From positions 1,054,001 through 1,118,000 of the forward strand of contig CM121341.1 in assembly GCA_051530055.1 (NCBI GenBank): a stretch of 64,000 nt of DNA, given 5' to 3'. Positions 36,853-50,511 of this stretch are shown piece by piece. A program made the translations under genes and the position numbers. The notes under the pieces are model-generated. The model was not told the DNA's origin and did not search any database. It was given only the letters and a program-made list of their open reading frames with translations. The stretch's first letter is position 1. Every line of letters starts with the position of its first letter. This DNA comes from Neoechinorhynchus agilis (Eukaryota > Animalia > Acanthocephala).

Positions 36853-37805
36853 ATGAATAATCCAAGAAGTCCTTCTAGCATGCCTTATAGGTCGCAGTTC
36901 ATGCGTCCTTGTTACTTCTATAATGTGAGCCAATGCCGTAACGGGGTGAATTGTCCATTCGCTCATGTATTTTGTCCGTATGTGAGATTTATTCGTCCAA
37001 AATCCAAAACCTATGTTTACGATCAACCGACTCGGATTGCATTACCAGTTCAAGGTAAGCTACTGTCCATAACTCCGAAAAAAAGGTAATCTCGGCCGTT
37101 TAGAAACGACACATACAAGGGAAATTCATGTTCATGGGCAACGCTGTAGCCTCGTTGACAGAGCGATGTGAGTGTTCTTTTTATCGTTCAATTGTTTTAA
37201 TCCACAAATCAACGTTTGACAGTGACAACCTTCAACAATCAGCTAATGATATAGTCGGTTCTAATGGATGGGTCACTACATGCGTTGGAGTAGCTACAGT
37301 CAAAGGAAATTTCGAAGGTCTCCTTCGCTCTTTAAAGTGAGAATTTTCAAGTTTTAATTTTTAGATTTACATAATATTTCTCCGGAGGAGACTAGATTTT
37401 ACTATAATGAAGCTCTTCAGAACAACAATCTTGAACAGTTTGTGAGTTAAGTGCGGTCGATAAAGGTTTGATTTTTCCATACAGAAGTCTGTGTTTGAAG
37501 AGATTACCGAATCGTCCAGTGCTTGTCTAACAACGTTTGCAGAAATGGATGATAAAACTCGTGAGAATATTGTTAGTCGCTGTATATGGCCATGAACCGT
37601 GCCACTTACTTTTATTATTTAGAAATTATGGATGATGCATTGCGACCCTGCGGATTATGGGGATTTGAATAATGTGGAAATATACGTTCCCACTCAAGTT
37701 TATTCAACTGAGCAAACTGAAGAAGACAGACAAGCGTATGATTGCGAACGGTTCGAAGGTCGAATACCCCTTCAGCCACCGACGAAGGAGCAATGTAGAA
37801 ACTAA
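36853..37805 (+). CDS. NUP42: NUP42/NUPL2-like nucleoporin, copy 2 (inverted paralog, frame intact after splicing)
   Basis: Same exon structure as 6281-7217; CCCH finger, NISPEETRFYY block, identical last ~38 codons. Confidence 0.7.
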
Positions 37806-37899
37806 TGCTATCAATCGATTGATTTTTTTGTAAAAATAAGAGTAGAAATTTTTTAATTTTTTATGTTCATTCACACCGTTGCTCTGGATCACTCAGCTG

Positions 37900-38490
37900 C
37901 CGTCCTCGTGTAATGGTTGAAAGGACGGATGAAGCGTTCCCCCCCCGTTGCACAGCCATACTTATGTTTTGCAGAAGGAATGCTCTTGCCCTCGGATCGT
38001 CAGTGATTCGTCTCAATCTCTTGGACAATTGAATGACCAGGTTCTGAACCGCGGTAATAAAGCGATCCGAGTGTCTCGACTCCAGAAAAACGAAATAATA
38101 ACAACACGTTTATTTGCTAGTTAACAAACAAAAGGACCCATGTATCTTTGGGTCCTCACAAAACTCGGATTCAGATTTGTTCAATGAATGCGATTGTTGA
38201 TTTTGGAGTAAATTGCGGTTTCGGTCGAGTTGGAAGGTTTGTTCGGACGTGGATTAGTGGTTATTGTGTGCAGGAGAGCTTGGATTAATCCTCAGGTTCA
38301 TTTCGAGTCATGATATCCGAGAAGATCGACCAGTAAGGAAAAAAGAGCGGAGCGAAATTGTGGGAAGGATGAAATGAATTGGGATATAATGATTTCAATC
38401 CGGGTCTCTGTATTTTGTAATTTTGCGTTCCTCAGCGGCGATTGGCGAATTTTATGTTGCTGGCTGCGAGCGTGTCCACGAACGTCTTAG
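37900..38490 (-). mobile_element. Scattered CRE-type fragments
   Basis: Reverse complements of 31080-31110, 31250-31390 and 31425-31500. Confidence 0.65.
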
Positions 38491-39190
38491 ATAAGGCGAA
38501 ACCTTTTGCGGACGATAGAGTGTCCAGAATGACCCTTTCGTTAATTATGAGCTATATATGAATTATTTGGAGTTCTTTAATTGCTTTTCATATTTTCTTT
38601 GTTTCTAGGATTTCAACATCATTTGTAATACAAACATAAAAATGCTATCTATGTGTGGTTGTTTCTTCACGGCCGATAATTTTTCCTTGAGCACACAGCC
38701 CGCCGATCTGGTGCCGTGAAAAAGGCCACACATAGAGACTTCAAAAATAAAAAATACTGTTATATAAAATATATTTAATTACTTATTGATCGTCTTGAAT
38801 GCTTTATAAGTGGTCACTGAATGACTAAATTCATTATCATCGTGCCAGGCAAATGAATACACAGAAACGACATAAATTTAACCTGTTTGCAGAGACTGCA
38901 GATTGATAAGGGATTTTGGTTTAAATCCGGTTATGAAATTTTCACTCTTTCTCGTGGATTGGCATTAGTTCCATATGAATCTTTTTCGTTAAGTAACAGT
39001 CAAACTCAGATTACGATTCGAGGCACGCTTATTTTTGCATCAGAAGCCAATTTTCGTGATAAGGCGACAGAATTTATAAATTTAAATTCTGCCACGCAAA
39101 CTAAGCGTCCAAATGAAGTTACTTAAATGAAATCCATCACCATGGTAACAATCTCTGCTTTCTTTAGTATGGTTTAAATTTCGCAAAGAA

Positions 39191-42100
39191 ATGAATAACA
39201 ATCAGTCCTTTAAGTTGACTACCACTAATGTAAAAAATGCAAAAACTTTGGCTCGTGTGTGTAAAAAAGCAGATGGAACTCTAGAGTTACAGAGTAGATT
39301 TTCACGTCGATGCAAGCATTCGTGGGAGACAAAGAAAAATTTTAATAAAAGAAGTATCCATCTTGAGAACGAGGTATGAGTTAATCTTTAAAATTTTATC
39401 ATTCATCAACTAGCCAATCAGATTCCAGCTAAATTAAAATCAGATTTTAATTGGTTGAAGGAGCCAGAAAATGCAGTGAGTTTAGTTAGTGTCAAACGTC
39501 GAGTTAAAACCCAAGAAAGTGATGAATGTATATCAATCGAAGAATTGAATTTGAATTCGGGTGTTAGCGAACGTGATAGCTGTAGTCCTGGTTGCGAATC
39601 ACCGAACACCCAGGAAAATTCTTTAACCACACATCCGGATAACTCGCCATATGAAATTGAAACGATTGAAAATTCGGGAATATTAAGCGAAAAATACAGG
39701 CGTTGTATAGCCGCATTCGATTATTCATTGAAACGTTACATTAGCGAAGAATATGCAAAAAATGACGATAACATCCATGGAAATTTGGAACCGTCCAATG
39801 AAAAACGACAAAAAGGAAGAAATTCCACATGCGAATTTGTAGTGACCAAGGAGAATACAAATAAATCTTTACTTGTAGTAAAAAGTTGCATTTGTTTTAA
39901 GGAGGAAGCGATGCTCGACGCTTACGATAGACACTCAATATTAAATTTGGCAAAGGCCCCATTCCAAAGTAATCAATTCGATAGCAATTTAAGATCGCTT
40001 GAATTTTATTCAGTTATGGATGACCACTCGCAAATTAGCACACTAATCAGCGACGGATGCAAGTCAAAAACATTAATATTACATGAAATTCAATGCGACT
40101 CGAATACACCAGAACATTATAGGCAAATTCGGGAAATGGAATTTCATGTGAATGTTATTAATGCCGAAATATTAAATGGTCAATGGAATGGAATGAATAG
40201 CGGTGAAGATTGTAGTTTGATTGAACGTGAGGGACGTGTTGGATTTGCTGAGAGGTCGATGGGCGTAGAAAATTCTGTAAAAATGCTAACGAATAACATT
40301 GATCCACCTGGAAAATATCAGGTATTAAAATCGATGACCGATCTGCATATGACGAGTTCAGTGAAGAAACCGAGAGAAGTCAAATTAAAGTCACTTGGAA
40401 GAGGATTCTCGAAGACGAATACTCATGAGAACCTTTTGGAAAGACAAAAAGACAGTGCTAAAAGGCAAAACAACGATTCGCATATTTTTGCCGGGCATAA
40501 AACCAGCGAAGAAGTCAAAACTGTTAACGGGATCATAGATCGCCACACGGAATCAACAGTAAACGGATCCGATTTATTTTTAAGGCATTTTGAGCCTCGA
40601 AGTAATAAAATGAGCGAACAGTCTTCAACCAAGACAAAGTTTAATATAGACGACAAAATAAATGAATTACAAATACCAAAAAGTGAACATATTATTTCAG
40701 TGAGTACAGCTGAATTGAATACAACGAAAAGAGAAGAACACTTAAACGAAATTCTTAGAGGTTATGGATTAAAAACGGGACTAGGATCGAAGTGGAAAGA
40801 TGTAAAAAGTCGATCAATTGATGACGCAAAAAAATTGAATGAGTTAACTGAAATTTACATTGATCGACACTGCAAGAAAAGATCTTCACTAGAACAAGAT
40901 GAGCAATTGCAAGGAATTGAAGAGTCAAAATTGTTAACTTCGCCATTGACGGTGATTGGCTATTCGACAAAAGAAAAATATTCGGATACACAGAACAAAT
41001 ATGATAGCGACATGAAGAATTGCATCGAGGTGTTTCCTAAACATTACCTTGATCTCGTGGCTGACCGAGGTGCTAAGCAATTTTTCGATCCATCGAAGAA
41101 ATTCAATGACTTTAACATTGCACAAAAACCTGGAAGCGATATTGTTCAAGAGTTTGAAATAGGAAGAGATGAGAACAATGTTTCAATGGAACAACAAAAT
41201 GTTAAGAAATTGTTTGATGCAGCATACGGGTTGATTTGCTTAGCGAATCGGATAGCAACAATGGGCAAAGGCAGTAATTTTAAACCTGAGACAAAACAAC
41301 CAAATTTACTGAAAGATGAAGGTATAATGCATCACGTAAAGGACGATAAAAGATTAAAAGACGACGAAGCATTTAGAATGAAAGCAGATAAACTTATTAA
41401 ATCGGAATTGGTTAGAAACTCACAGAATTTAGATCAATCATTAAAACTAGCAATTGCGTCTAAATGCGTTCCTGAACACTACGACGAAATTGAAATTAAA
41501 TTGGGAAATCAAATCAGATCCAATAGAGGCATAAAAGAAGTGAAGAAGACAAACGCTGAAAATTTGTTAAATGATGCAACTTCTTCGCCGATTACAAAAT
41601 GGAGTAATGATTGCATTACATTGGACGCAATGAGTAAACCAAAGAAGTCGTCTGTAGGATTCGACCTAGCAGAATCTTTAGTCGTATATCAACTTAAGTG
41701 CAGATCGGAATCAAAATCAGACCGTAGTACAATGAAAGATTTTACGTCTTTAGATACTTTTGGAAAAGAGCAGAAAATTTCGCCCAACAAAGATTTACTT
41801 AATAAAGTTGTCTATGATGTTAATTGGACCCAGAAAAGTAGAAGAAAGTTGTTAGGAAGACTTAATAGAGACACAGATTTAAGAAAGGAAATACAGCAAA
41901 AAATCGCTCTCACGATCACTGATTGTAATTTTACCTCAATGCTAGAGTCTCAGGCTGAAAAAATAAGGCAGCCATCACGTGTGGAACCAAAAATCGGTAA
42001 CGAAATTCGAGTCAAATCGGATTTTAGAATAGTTCACGAAAGTGCGTGCACACCAACATCTTTTAAGATAGAGGAATCACCTAAGGAGGAACGGGAAGGT

Positions 42101-45100
42101 TTGACGAACGACGACGACTACAATTCGAGGTTCACAGACACCAACTTGGAATCGTATAAAAAATATCAATCTGAGATTTCGACCGATCGTAGTGTTCCAA
42201 GAATTTTCGCTATCAAAGAAACTTCAACGCGCTTAGAACCTTTTAGCTCAAATTTGGTTACTGATTTCAATGACGGTAAAGATGGAAATGGCGTTCGGAG
42301 ATTTAAATCTTCAAGTTCAGATGAAGTTACAACCGCGAATAAGACGATGAAAGTTAAATATGCATTAGCGACTTCAACGAGCGCAATTAGTATCATAAAC
42401 TGTTGTGGAAATGAAATGAAATTAAATCCTGAAGAAAATCTTTCAACGCTCATTGGAATTGAAAAAGAGAATGCAAGTGATTCTCATAAATATTCATTAT
42501 CTTCCAAAAAATATCCAAACTATAAATCCGTAAATACTATTGAAAAACAAATCGACGAAAAGTTTGAGGTACCAACTAGCCACATCGACAGTTTACCAAA
42601 GACTCAAGCGAAATTGATTTCTAAGGTGATTAAGAAGCCGGTCATAAGCGAATTAGATTCTTCTCGTCAACACAAATTGGTTCTTGGTTCTGATAGCGAA
42701 ACTTACGCTCAAGGGCTGAATAAGAGGATTTCAGAAACGAGTAAAGTGTTAAAGAAAAGTGAAGAACTTTTATTGCAATCTCCCGAAAAACAAAGATCAA
42801 AAGATGCAACTGTGATAAAAACCGTCAAGAATATAAGAAGAGTGAGATCTATGAATGTAGCGGAACTATCGTCTCCTGAATGTCACAAACCATCTATAGG
42901 TTTAATTGACAGAAAAAATTCGGTAATTCATAGAGGCAGTTCGTTAAAGTCACGAAGGATACCTAAACATAAAGAAGACATAGAATCAAAACAAAAGACA
43001 ACGTTTGGTGAAATCAGCAAGGAGAATTCAACACAAACGCCAGTCAGCGGTCAAATTTGGATGCAAGAATGTAGTTCGAAGGACGTTCCACCCAAGATTC
43101 TTCGCAATGCGCGAGCCATATACACAAAAAAGAAATCATTTTGCAATGAAGAAGACAATCCTTCAAATGGACAATCAAACAAAGGACATGAAAGCAAATC
43201 GATTAAAATGACGCCGAGAAGAGAGCGACTCTCATATTCAAATAAAGACACAATAAGAGCTATGGATGCGGTCCATCAAAAGGAACGGCTACCAGAAATA
43301 TTGCCTTTAACAGGGAGTCTATCAAAATTATCTGAAGAAACTCAAGAGATGCTTCAGCAAAATAAATTAACGGCAATCAAAGATGCGCCAGTAACGGAAA
43401 CCAAGACGAGTTTAATATCAGGTTATAAAAGTGAAAACATAGAAAACTTTTGGAACCCATCGCTACGAGAGGATCAACCACGAGCACTATCACCGGTTAC
43501 AGAGCTCAATGACAATATTTTAAAACAGGGGGAATCTTCTCTTTCGAGAAAAGACAAAAACGAGAGCCAAGATTGCTTACCTGAGGCATGTAAACTCTTA
43601 AATTCGAGTGAAAATGTGACACTTGAAAGGGTACAAAGGTTAGTAGAAAATCCAAATCGAGTCAAAGAATACCATCCAATGAACGATTACATGAAAGCAG
43701 GATTACATTTATCGGCGATTGAAAACGAATTACCGATTGTGGTAGATTGTATGATGAAGAAGGATACTCCAGTGCCAGAAAAACCAGTTAATTATAAAAA
43801 TGATAATCTCCCGAGTGCGGAAATGCTGGAAAGCGAAAGCAGTACCCGTGAGGATGTATTAAGTCCATCAGAGAAAAGCATGCAAATTGGTTTGGAGACT
43901 AAACCTGGACGCTTAACGGAGTGCACTAGTAACGTAGGGAACTATGTTAGAAAAAATGGGTCAAATGAACTGAGACGGGGATATCTGTTCAATGAAGATC
44001 AGCGGAACAGTAAGGAAGATAACTTCTTCAGGAAAAAGACGACAGTGCCGAACAAGTCTTTTAGTCACGAACATAAATCTGTGCCCAAAATGCAAACTAT
44101 TCGAAAAGGAAATTCTTTGCCAATACTTGTCATGGGTAACAAAATTAAAGAATCGGTTGACCAAAGATCGGTCTTGTCTGGTAATTTTGAAGCACCAAGA
44201 GGAAACGAAGGCTTAATACCAACAACGGCATTGTCGTCTTCGCTGAGCGATCTATCAAAATATTCTGGTGAGATTAAGAAATTCAGCAGTGTAGCATACA
44301 TGTCGGAGGAACCGTCGTCGGAAAATACGCAAATAAAAGCCCAGAACGACGCGGATAAAATGAGTTTTACTCGAAAAATTCTTCAAATGAATAAAAATGA
44401 TACAAGTTTAAAACAGGATTTATCGCAAAAGACACCGTTCTCAAAAGATTATACGGATCTTTATCGGGAAAAAAGAGAAGAAAAATCACAATTTATAAAA
44501 AAGGGAAAAATTTTAGAGGACAACGAACACATCAAACCGAAATTGCATTATGAACGTATGCCAAATGAGAAGAACCGGAAGGTTAGGAACAACGATGAAT
44601 CCGGTGAGATACGATCAGAATATACAGAGAACGAAAGGAAATCATCCATTGGTACGGATAGCAGCGAGAACGTTTCCGCAATGAGTGATAGCAGTCCAAC
44701 TACCAAAGAAGCTTTTTCTATGTTGGACAAAGTCCGAAAAGATATTATGCCACTGCCACAAAGTAGGTCACAAAATGATATTTCGGTTGAGGAGAGGCAA
44801 AATGCCGGCGAGTTGACTCAAAAAAACACAAAATCTGAGCTGCGTTCATTAAAGTACTCGATCGTTGCTGACAAAGCAACTACCACAACTGCTGAAGACG
44901 ACCAAACTGCAAGCGAATCCTTTGAGAATGAAGTCTCAGACCGCATTGAGAAATCTTCATTAAAATCATTGGACCGCTCACCTGTTAAAAAAGAAGGAAA
45001 ACCTGCACTAAAATCGAAAATTCAGTATCCTTCGCAACTTCGTTGGAGGTCGAAACATTCGCCGATGAAACAGAATATTCAGTCACTTTCTGGACCGAAA

Positions 45101-48100
45101 ATACCAAAGGAATCTAGCAGTTCAACTGAGAAATCAATCGATGCCCAATTAATAGTTAAGGATAGTGAAAATAGTGAATCTACTGCTGAAGACGATCAAA
45201 CTGCAAGCGAATCCTCAGACAGCACTGAGAGATCGTCATTAAAATCATTGGACCACTCACTTGCTAAAAAAGAAGGAAAACCTGATCTGAAATCGAAAAT
45301 GCAGCATCCTGCACCACTTCGTCGAATGTCGAAACATTCGTCGATGAAGCAGAATATTCAGATACTTTCCGGACCGAGAATACAAAAGGGATATAGACGT
45401 TCAACTGAGAAATCAATCGATCCGCGATTGATAACTAAGGATGGTAAAAATAGTGAATCAATTGCTGAAGACGATAAAACTGCAAGCGAATCCTTTGAAA
45501 ATGAAGCTTCAAGCCGCATTGAGAGATCTTTAAAATCATTGGACCGCTCACATGTTAGAAAAAAAGGAAAACCTGCACATAAATCGAAAATTCAGTATCC
45601 TGTGCCACTTCGTCGGAGGTCGAAACATTCGCCGATGAAACAGAATATTCAATCACTTTCCGTACCGAAAATATCAAAAAGAACTATCCGTTCAACTGAG
45701 GAATCAATCGATCCGCGATTGATAGCTGATGATATTGAAAATAGTGAATCAACTGCTGAAGACGATCAAACTGCAAGCGAATCCTCTGAAGCTGAATCCT
45801 CAGGCCGCATCGAGAGATCTTCATTAAAATCATTGGACCGCTCACCTGCTAAAAAAGAAGGAAAACCTGTTCTTAAATTGAAAATGCAGCATCCTGCGCC
45901 ATATCGTCGGAGGTCGAAACATTCACCGATGAAACAGAATATTCAGTCACTTTCTGGACCGAAAATACCAAAGGGATCTAGCCGTTCAACTGAGGAATCA
46001 ATCGATCCGCGATTGATAGCTAAGGATAGTGGATCAACTGCTGAAGACGATCAAACTGCAAGCGAATCCTTTGAAAATGAAGGCTCAAACCGCATTGAGA
46101 AATCTGCATTAAAATCATTTGAGCGCTCACCTGTTAAAAAAGAAGGAAAACCTGCACTAAAATCGAAAATTCAGTATCCTTCGCCACTTCGTTGGAGGTC
46201 GAAACATTCGCCGATGAAACAGAATATTCAGTCACTTTCTGGACCAAAAATACCAAAGGGATCTATCCGTTCAACAGAGAAATCAATCGATCCGCGATTG
46301 ATAGCTAAGGATAGTGAAAATAGTGAATCAACTGCTGAAGACGATCAAACTGCAAGCGAATCCTTCGAAAATGAAGTCTCAAGCCGCATTGAGAAATCTT
46401 CATTAAAACCATTGGAGCGCTCACCTGCTAAAAAAGAAGGAAAACCTGTTCTTAAATTGAAAATTCAGCATCCTGCGCCATATCGTCGGAGGTCGAAACA
46501 TTCGCCGATGAAACAGAATATTCAGTCACTTTCTGGGTCGAAAATACCAAAGGGATCTAGCAGTTCAACTGAGGAATCAATCGATCCGCGATTGATAGCT
46601 AAGGATAGTGGATCAACTGCTGAAGACGATCAAACTGCAAGCGAATCCTTTGAAAATGAAGGCTCAAACCGCATTGAGAAATCTGCATTAAAATCATTTG
46701 AGCGCTCACCTGTTAAAAAAGAAGGAAAACCTGCACTAAAATCGAAAATTCAGTATCCTTCGCCACTTCGTTGGAGGTCGAAACATTCGCCGATGAAACA
46801 GAATATTCAGTCACTTTCTGGGTCGAAAATACCAAAGGGATCTAGCCGTTCAACTGAGGAATCAATCGATCCGCGATTGATAGCTAAGGATAGTGAAAAT
46901 AGTGAATCAACTGCTGAAGACGATCAAACTGCAAGCGAATCCTTTGAAAATGAAGTCTCAAGCCGCATTGAGAAATCTTCATTAAAATCATTGGAGCGCT
47001 CACCTGCTAAAAAAGAAGGAAAACCTGCACATAAATCGAAAATTAAGTATCCTGTGCCACTTCGTCGGAGGTCGAAACATTCGCCGATGAAACAGAATAT
47101 TCAATCACTTTCCGTACCGAAAACATCAAAAAGAACTATCCGTTCAACTGAGAAATCAATCGATCCGCGATTGATAGCTGGTGATAGTGAAAATAGTGAA
47201 TCAACTGCTGAAGACGATCAAACTGCAAGCGAATCCTCTGAAGCTGAATCCTCAAGCCGCATTGAGAGATCTTCATTAAAATCATTGGAGCGCTCACCTG
47301 CTAAAAAAGAAGAAAAACCTGTTCTTAAATTGAAAATGCAGCATCCTGCGCCATATCGTCGGAGATCGAAACATTCGCCGATGAAACAGAATATTCAGTC
47401 ACTTTCTGGACCGAAAATACCAAAGGGATCTAGCCGTTCAACTGAGGAATCAATCGATCCGCGATTGATAGCTAAGGATAGTGAAAATAGTGAATCAACT
47501 GCTGAAGACGATCAAACTGCAAGCGAATCCTTTGAAAATGAAGTCTCAAGCCGCATTGAGAAATCTTCATTAAAATCATTGGAGCGCTCACCTGTTAAAA
47601 AAGAAGGAAAACCTGATCTGAAATCGAAAATTCAGTATCCTTCGCCACTTCTTCGGAGGTCGAAACATTCGCCGATGAAACAGAATATTGAGTCACTTTC
47701 TGGACCGAAAATACCAAAGGGATCTATCCGTTCAACTGAGAAATCAATCGATCCGCGATTGATAGCTAAGGATAGTGAAAATAGTGAATCAACTGCTGAA
47801 GACGATCAAACTGCAAGCGAATTCTCTGAAGCTGAATCCTCAGACCGCATTGAGAGATCTTCATTAAAATCATTGGAGCTATCACCTGTTAAAAAAGGAC
47901 AATCTGCACTTAAATCGAAAATTCAGCATCCTGCGCCACTTCGTTGGAGGTCGAAACATTCGCCGGTGAAACAGAATGTTCGGTCACTTTCTGGACCGAA
48001 AATACCAAATGTAATAAATTACTTGACCGAAACTTCAAACCGAATCTACTATCATGATATTGCATGTTCGCCACGATGGAACGATTGTTATGATTATTAT

Positions 48101-49300
48101 AATGATGATTGTGACGGTTCAAGTTTTAACGCCGAAAAATATAGCCCTAAGTTGTCTTACAATTTCGCTGGTTTTAGACCTCAACTTAGAGGAAAGATAT
48201 CTTTCAAAAGCGCTGTGATAGATTATGAGGTATTTGGTCAGCCGCAGAAACCAATAATCTTTGTGATGTATGATTTTTAGATTTCCGTGTATATTATCGT
48301 TATACTCCGTTTAGAAATCCATTTTCATCCTTTCCGGAAAACTTGATTTATCAATCTGCCTTGGATCCAGATTGCTATAGAACAGCGGTGTGGAAAATTC
48401 ACAGCATCAGTGACATGTATAAACCTGAGGTTCGACTAAAAGTTTCTTTTTCTTATGCTCCGCTTATACTTTTTGCTTTTGCAATATCTAAATTTTTAAA
48501 GTATTTGCCATTGACGCGGTCCATTTAACAGCAATTTAATTAATTGTTTTTATTTTGCAATTGGAATGCTTGCTCGAATTTAATGATTAGTTTCATCGTG
48601 TTTGAAACTGAAACAGGGAAATTAAAACCCTTCACAAAATAATCGAATAGCTCATTGCCATCTTTATGAATAGTAACGCTGACTTTTGTATCGTCTAGAA
48701 ACCCGACAGTTTTTCATGCTTTGTTTTGCGGTTTCATCTTTTTCTATCTTGAATTTTCAGAAGTTCTTGAAACTACAGGTGCAGATCGTTAATGCACTTA
48801 AAGAAAAATTAGAATGTGATACAATAATTCTTTGTGGAATCGGACTTGGATCATGGGTTGTGTTGGCATTTATGGTATTTCGTCCGTCATGCGTTAAAGC
48901 CTCCATTTTATTAAATCTACCGATTATTGATTGGTAAATTTTCAACTTTTCAATCGCTGATAGCATGAAATATAGGCGTCGATTAAAATACTCATTGACG
49001 GAAAAATGTGCCATGGAATTTGGAACAGAAGCTTATTTGAGAAATATAATGAAAACGTTAAGCAAACCCACTTTAAAAGTTCGTTTAAACGTATTTTAAT
49101 CTTACTATTTAATGTTTCACATATAATTTAAGCTTCTCAGTGCAGAGAGAATAATCGATGCCGTTTGTCAATCTCAAAAACGACATGATAATTCGGATGT
49201 TATACAGGAATGGAACAATCTGCAAGCTAAAATCGGATGTTGGTTTATGCCCGGACAGTCTCATTCGACTCGTTCAAATCTCACTACGCTATTAAGGTTA
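39191..49300 (+). CDS. Very large S/E/K-rich repeat protein (>3,000 aa) with possible C-terminal NDRG-like alpha/beta-hydrolase fold; gene ends uncertain
   Basis: 8.8-kb uninterrupted ORF joined in frame to an upstream exon by GT-AG intron 39374-39421; downstream exons give FGQPQKPIIFV and TIILCGIGLGSWVVLAF..PSCVKASILLN. Confidence 0.65.
44885..48008 (+). repeat. Coding tandem repeat, 11 units of 279-294 bp (93-98 aa)
   Basis: AEDDQTASES recurs at 44894, 45188, 45467, 45758, 46043, 46337, 46622, 46916, 47210, 47504 and 47798. Confidence 0.97.
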
Positions 49301-50511
49301 GATTATTATACTAGTGCCTATTCTAAACTGGGATGGTATCTCTATAAATATACCGCTCAGGTGTCCAAGGATAAAAAATTACCCTTATTTTAATAGAAAA
49401 TTATTGTGAACCTGTGATGTAGGTACGTTGTGAAATGAACTCTCATTGGGAATTCTTTAATTCCATTCACTCGATCATCAGTATTGTAAAAAAGACAGGA
49501 AAAATTTATAAACAAAAATATTTAATCAGCTTTATGTTTTTTAGAAATCTTATATGCCAACGGACGAAGATGATTAGAGAAAAATCGCTATTTAAGAATC
49601 TCCAGATTCAGCTTTGCGATCGAATTCCAATATTCTACCTCTCAAGTTTCCAATCTAGACAAGTAGCTCAGTATAACTTGGAATCATTACATAGGTTGAA
49701 AAATGTTGGTAAAAAGTTAAATTCGAATACCTTGAACTTAAAATTATAGTATATTAAACTCACAGAGATTATCGTGAAGATTCCAAATGAAGTTACACAA
49801 AACCATCATAACATCCTAAACGATCTGGTACAAGTTGGCAAACGCATTTCGAAGATATTTTCATAAAGGCAATTAACAGATCGTCTCTTATAAATTTCTT
49901 CATTTCTTTGTGAAAAGACGTTGTTTTGTAGCTGTTTCCTGCATTAAAATCAAAAAGCATTAAAAATTAGGGATAACGTATAAATTTAAATAATTGCGAG
50001 AGAAAATTTGAAGCATAAAAGCAGTTCAATGTAGACAGATTTCCTTAGATGGAAAGGAAGCATATCTTTTGGATTTTAATCCAAATTTCCACATTAATCT
50101 TTTTTTGGAAATATTTATAGAATCGCTGATGTATTCAACCAATAAAGCATCAAAAACTGAGGATAAAACAAATACGGCTAACATTTTGCTTTGATGGAAA
50201 CTAGTGCACTCTAAGAAAAGGTCGCAACAAAAAATTAAAACTTGGAAAAATAGGAAAAGATTTTGATCGAAATCGCTTTTTATAGTTGAATGTCATAAGT
50301 ATACGAACATCTCGATTTGATTTAACTCTATTAGAGTAAAACGAAATGATGAATTTGGGGCATTAGAAATAAATATGTACGTCTTAAAATCTATTAGTTA
50401 GACATTAGGATGCGGACTTTTTATTATAACGAAACAAAGATATAATTTAAAATAACAAAAAATGCGTTCATTGAACAACGTTAAAATTCTATTAAAAGTA
50501 CAAGATTTGTC

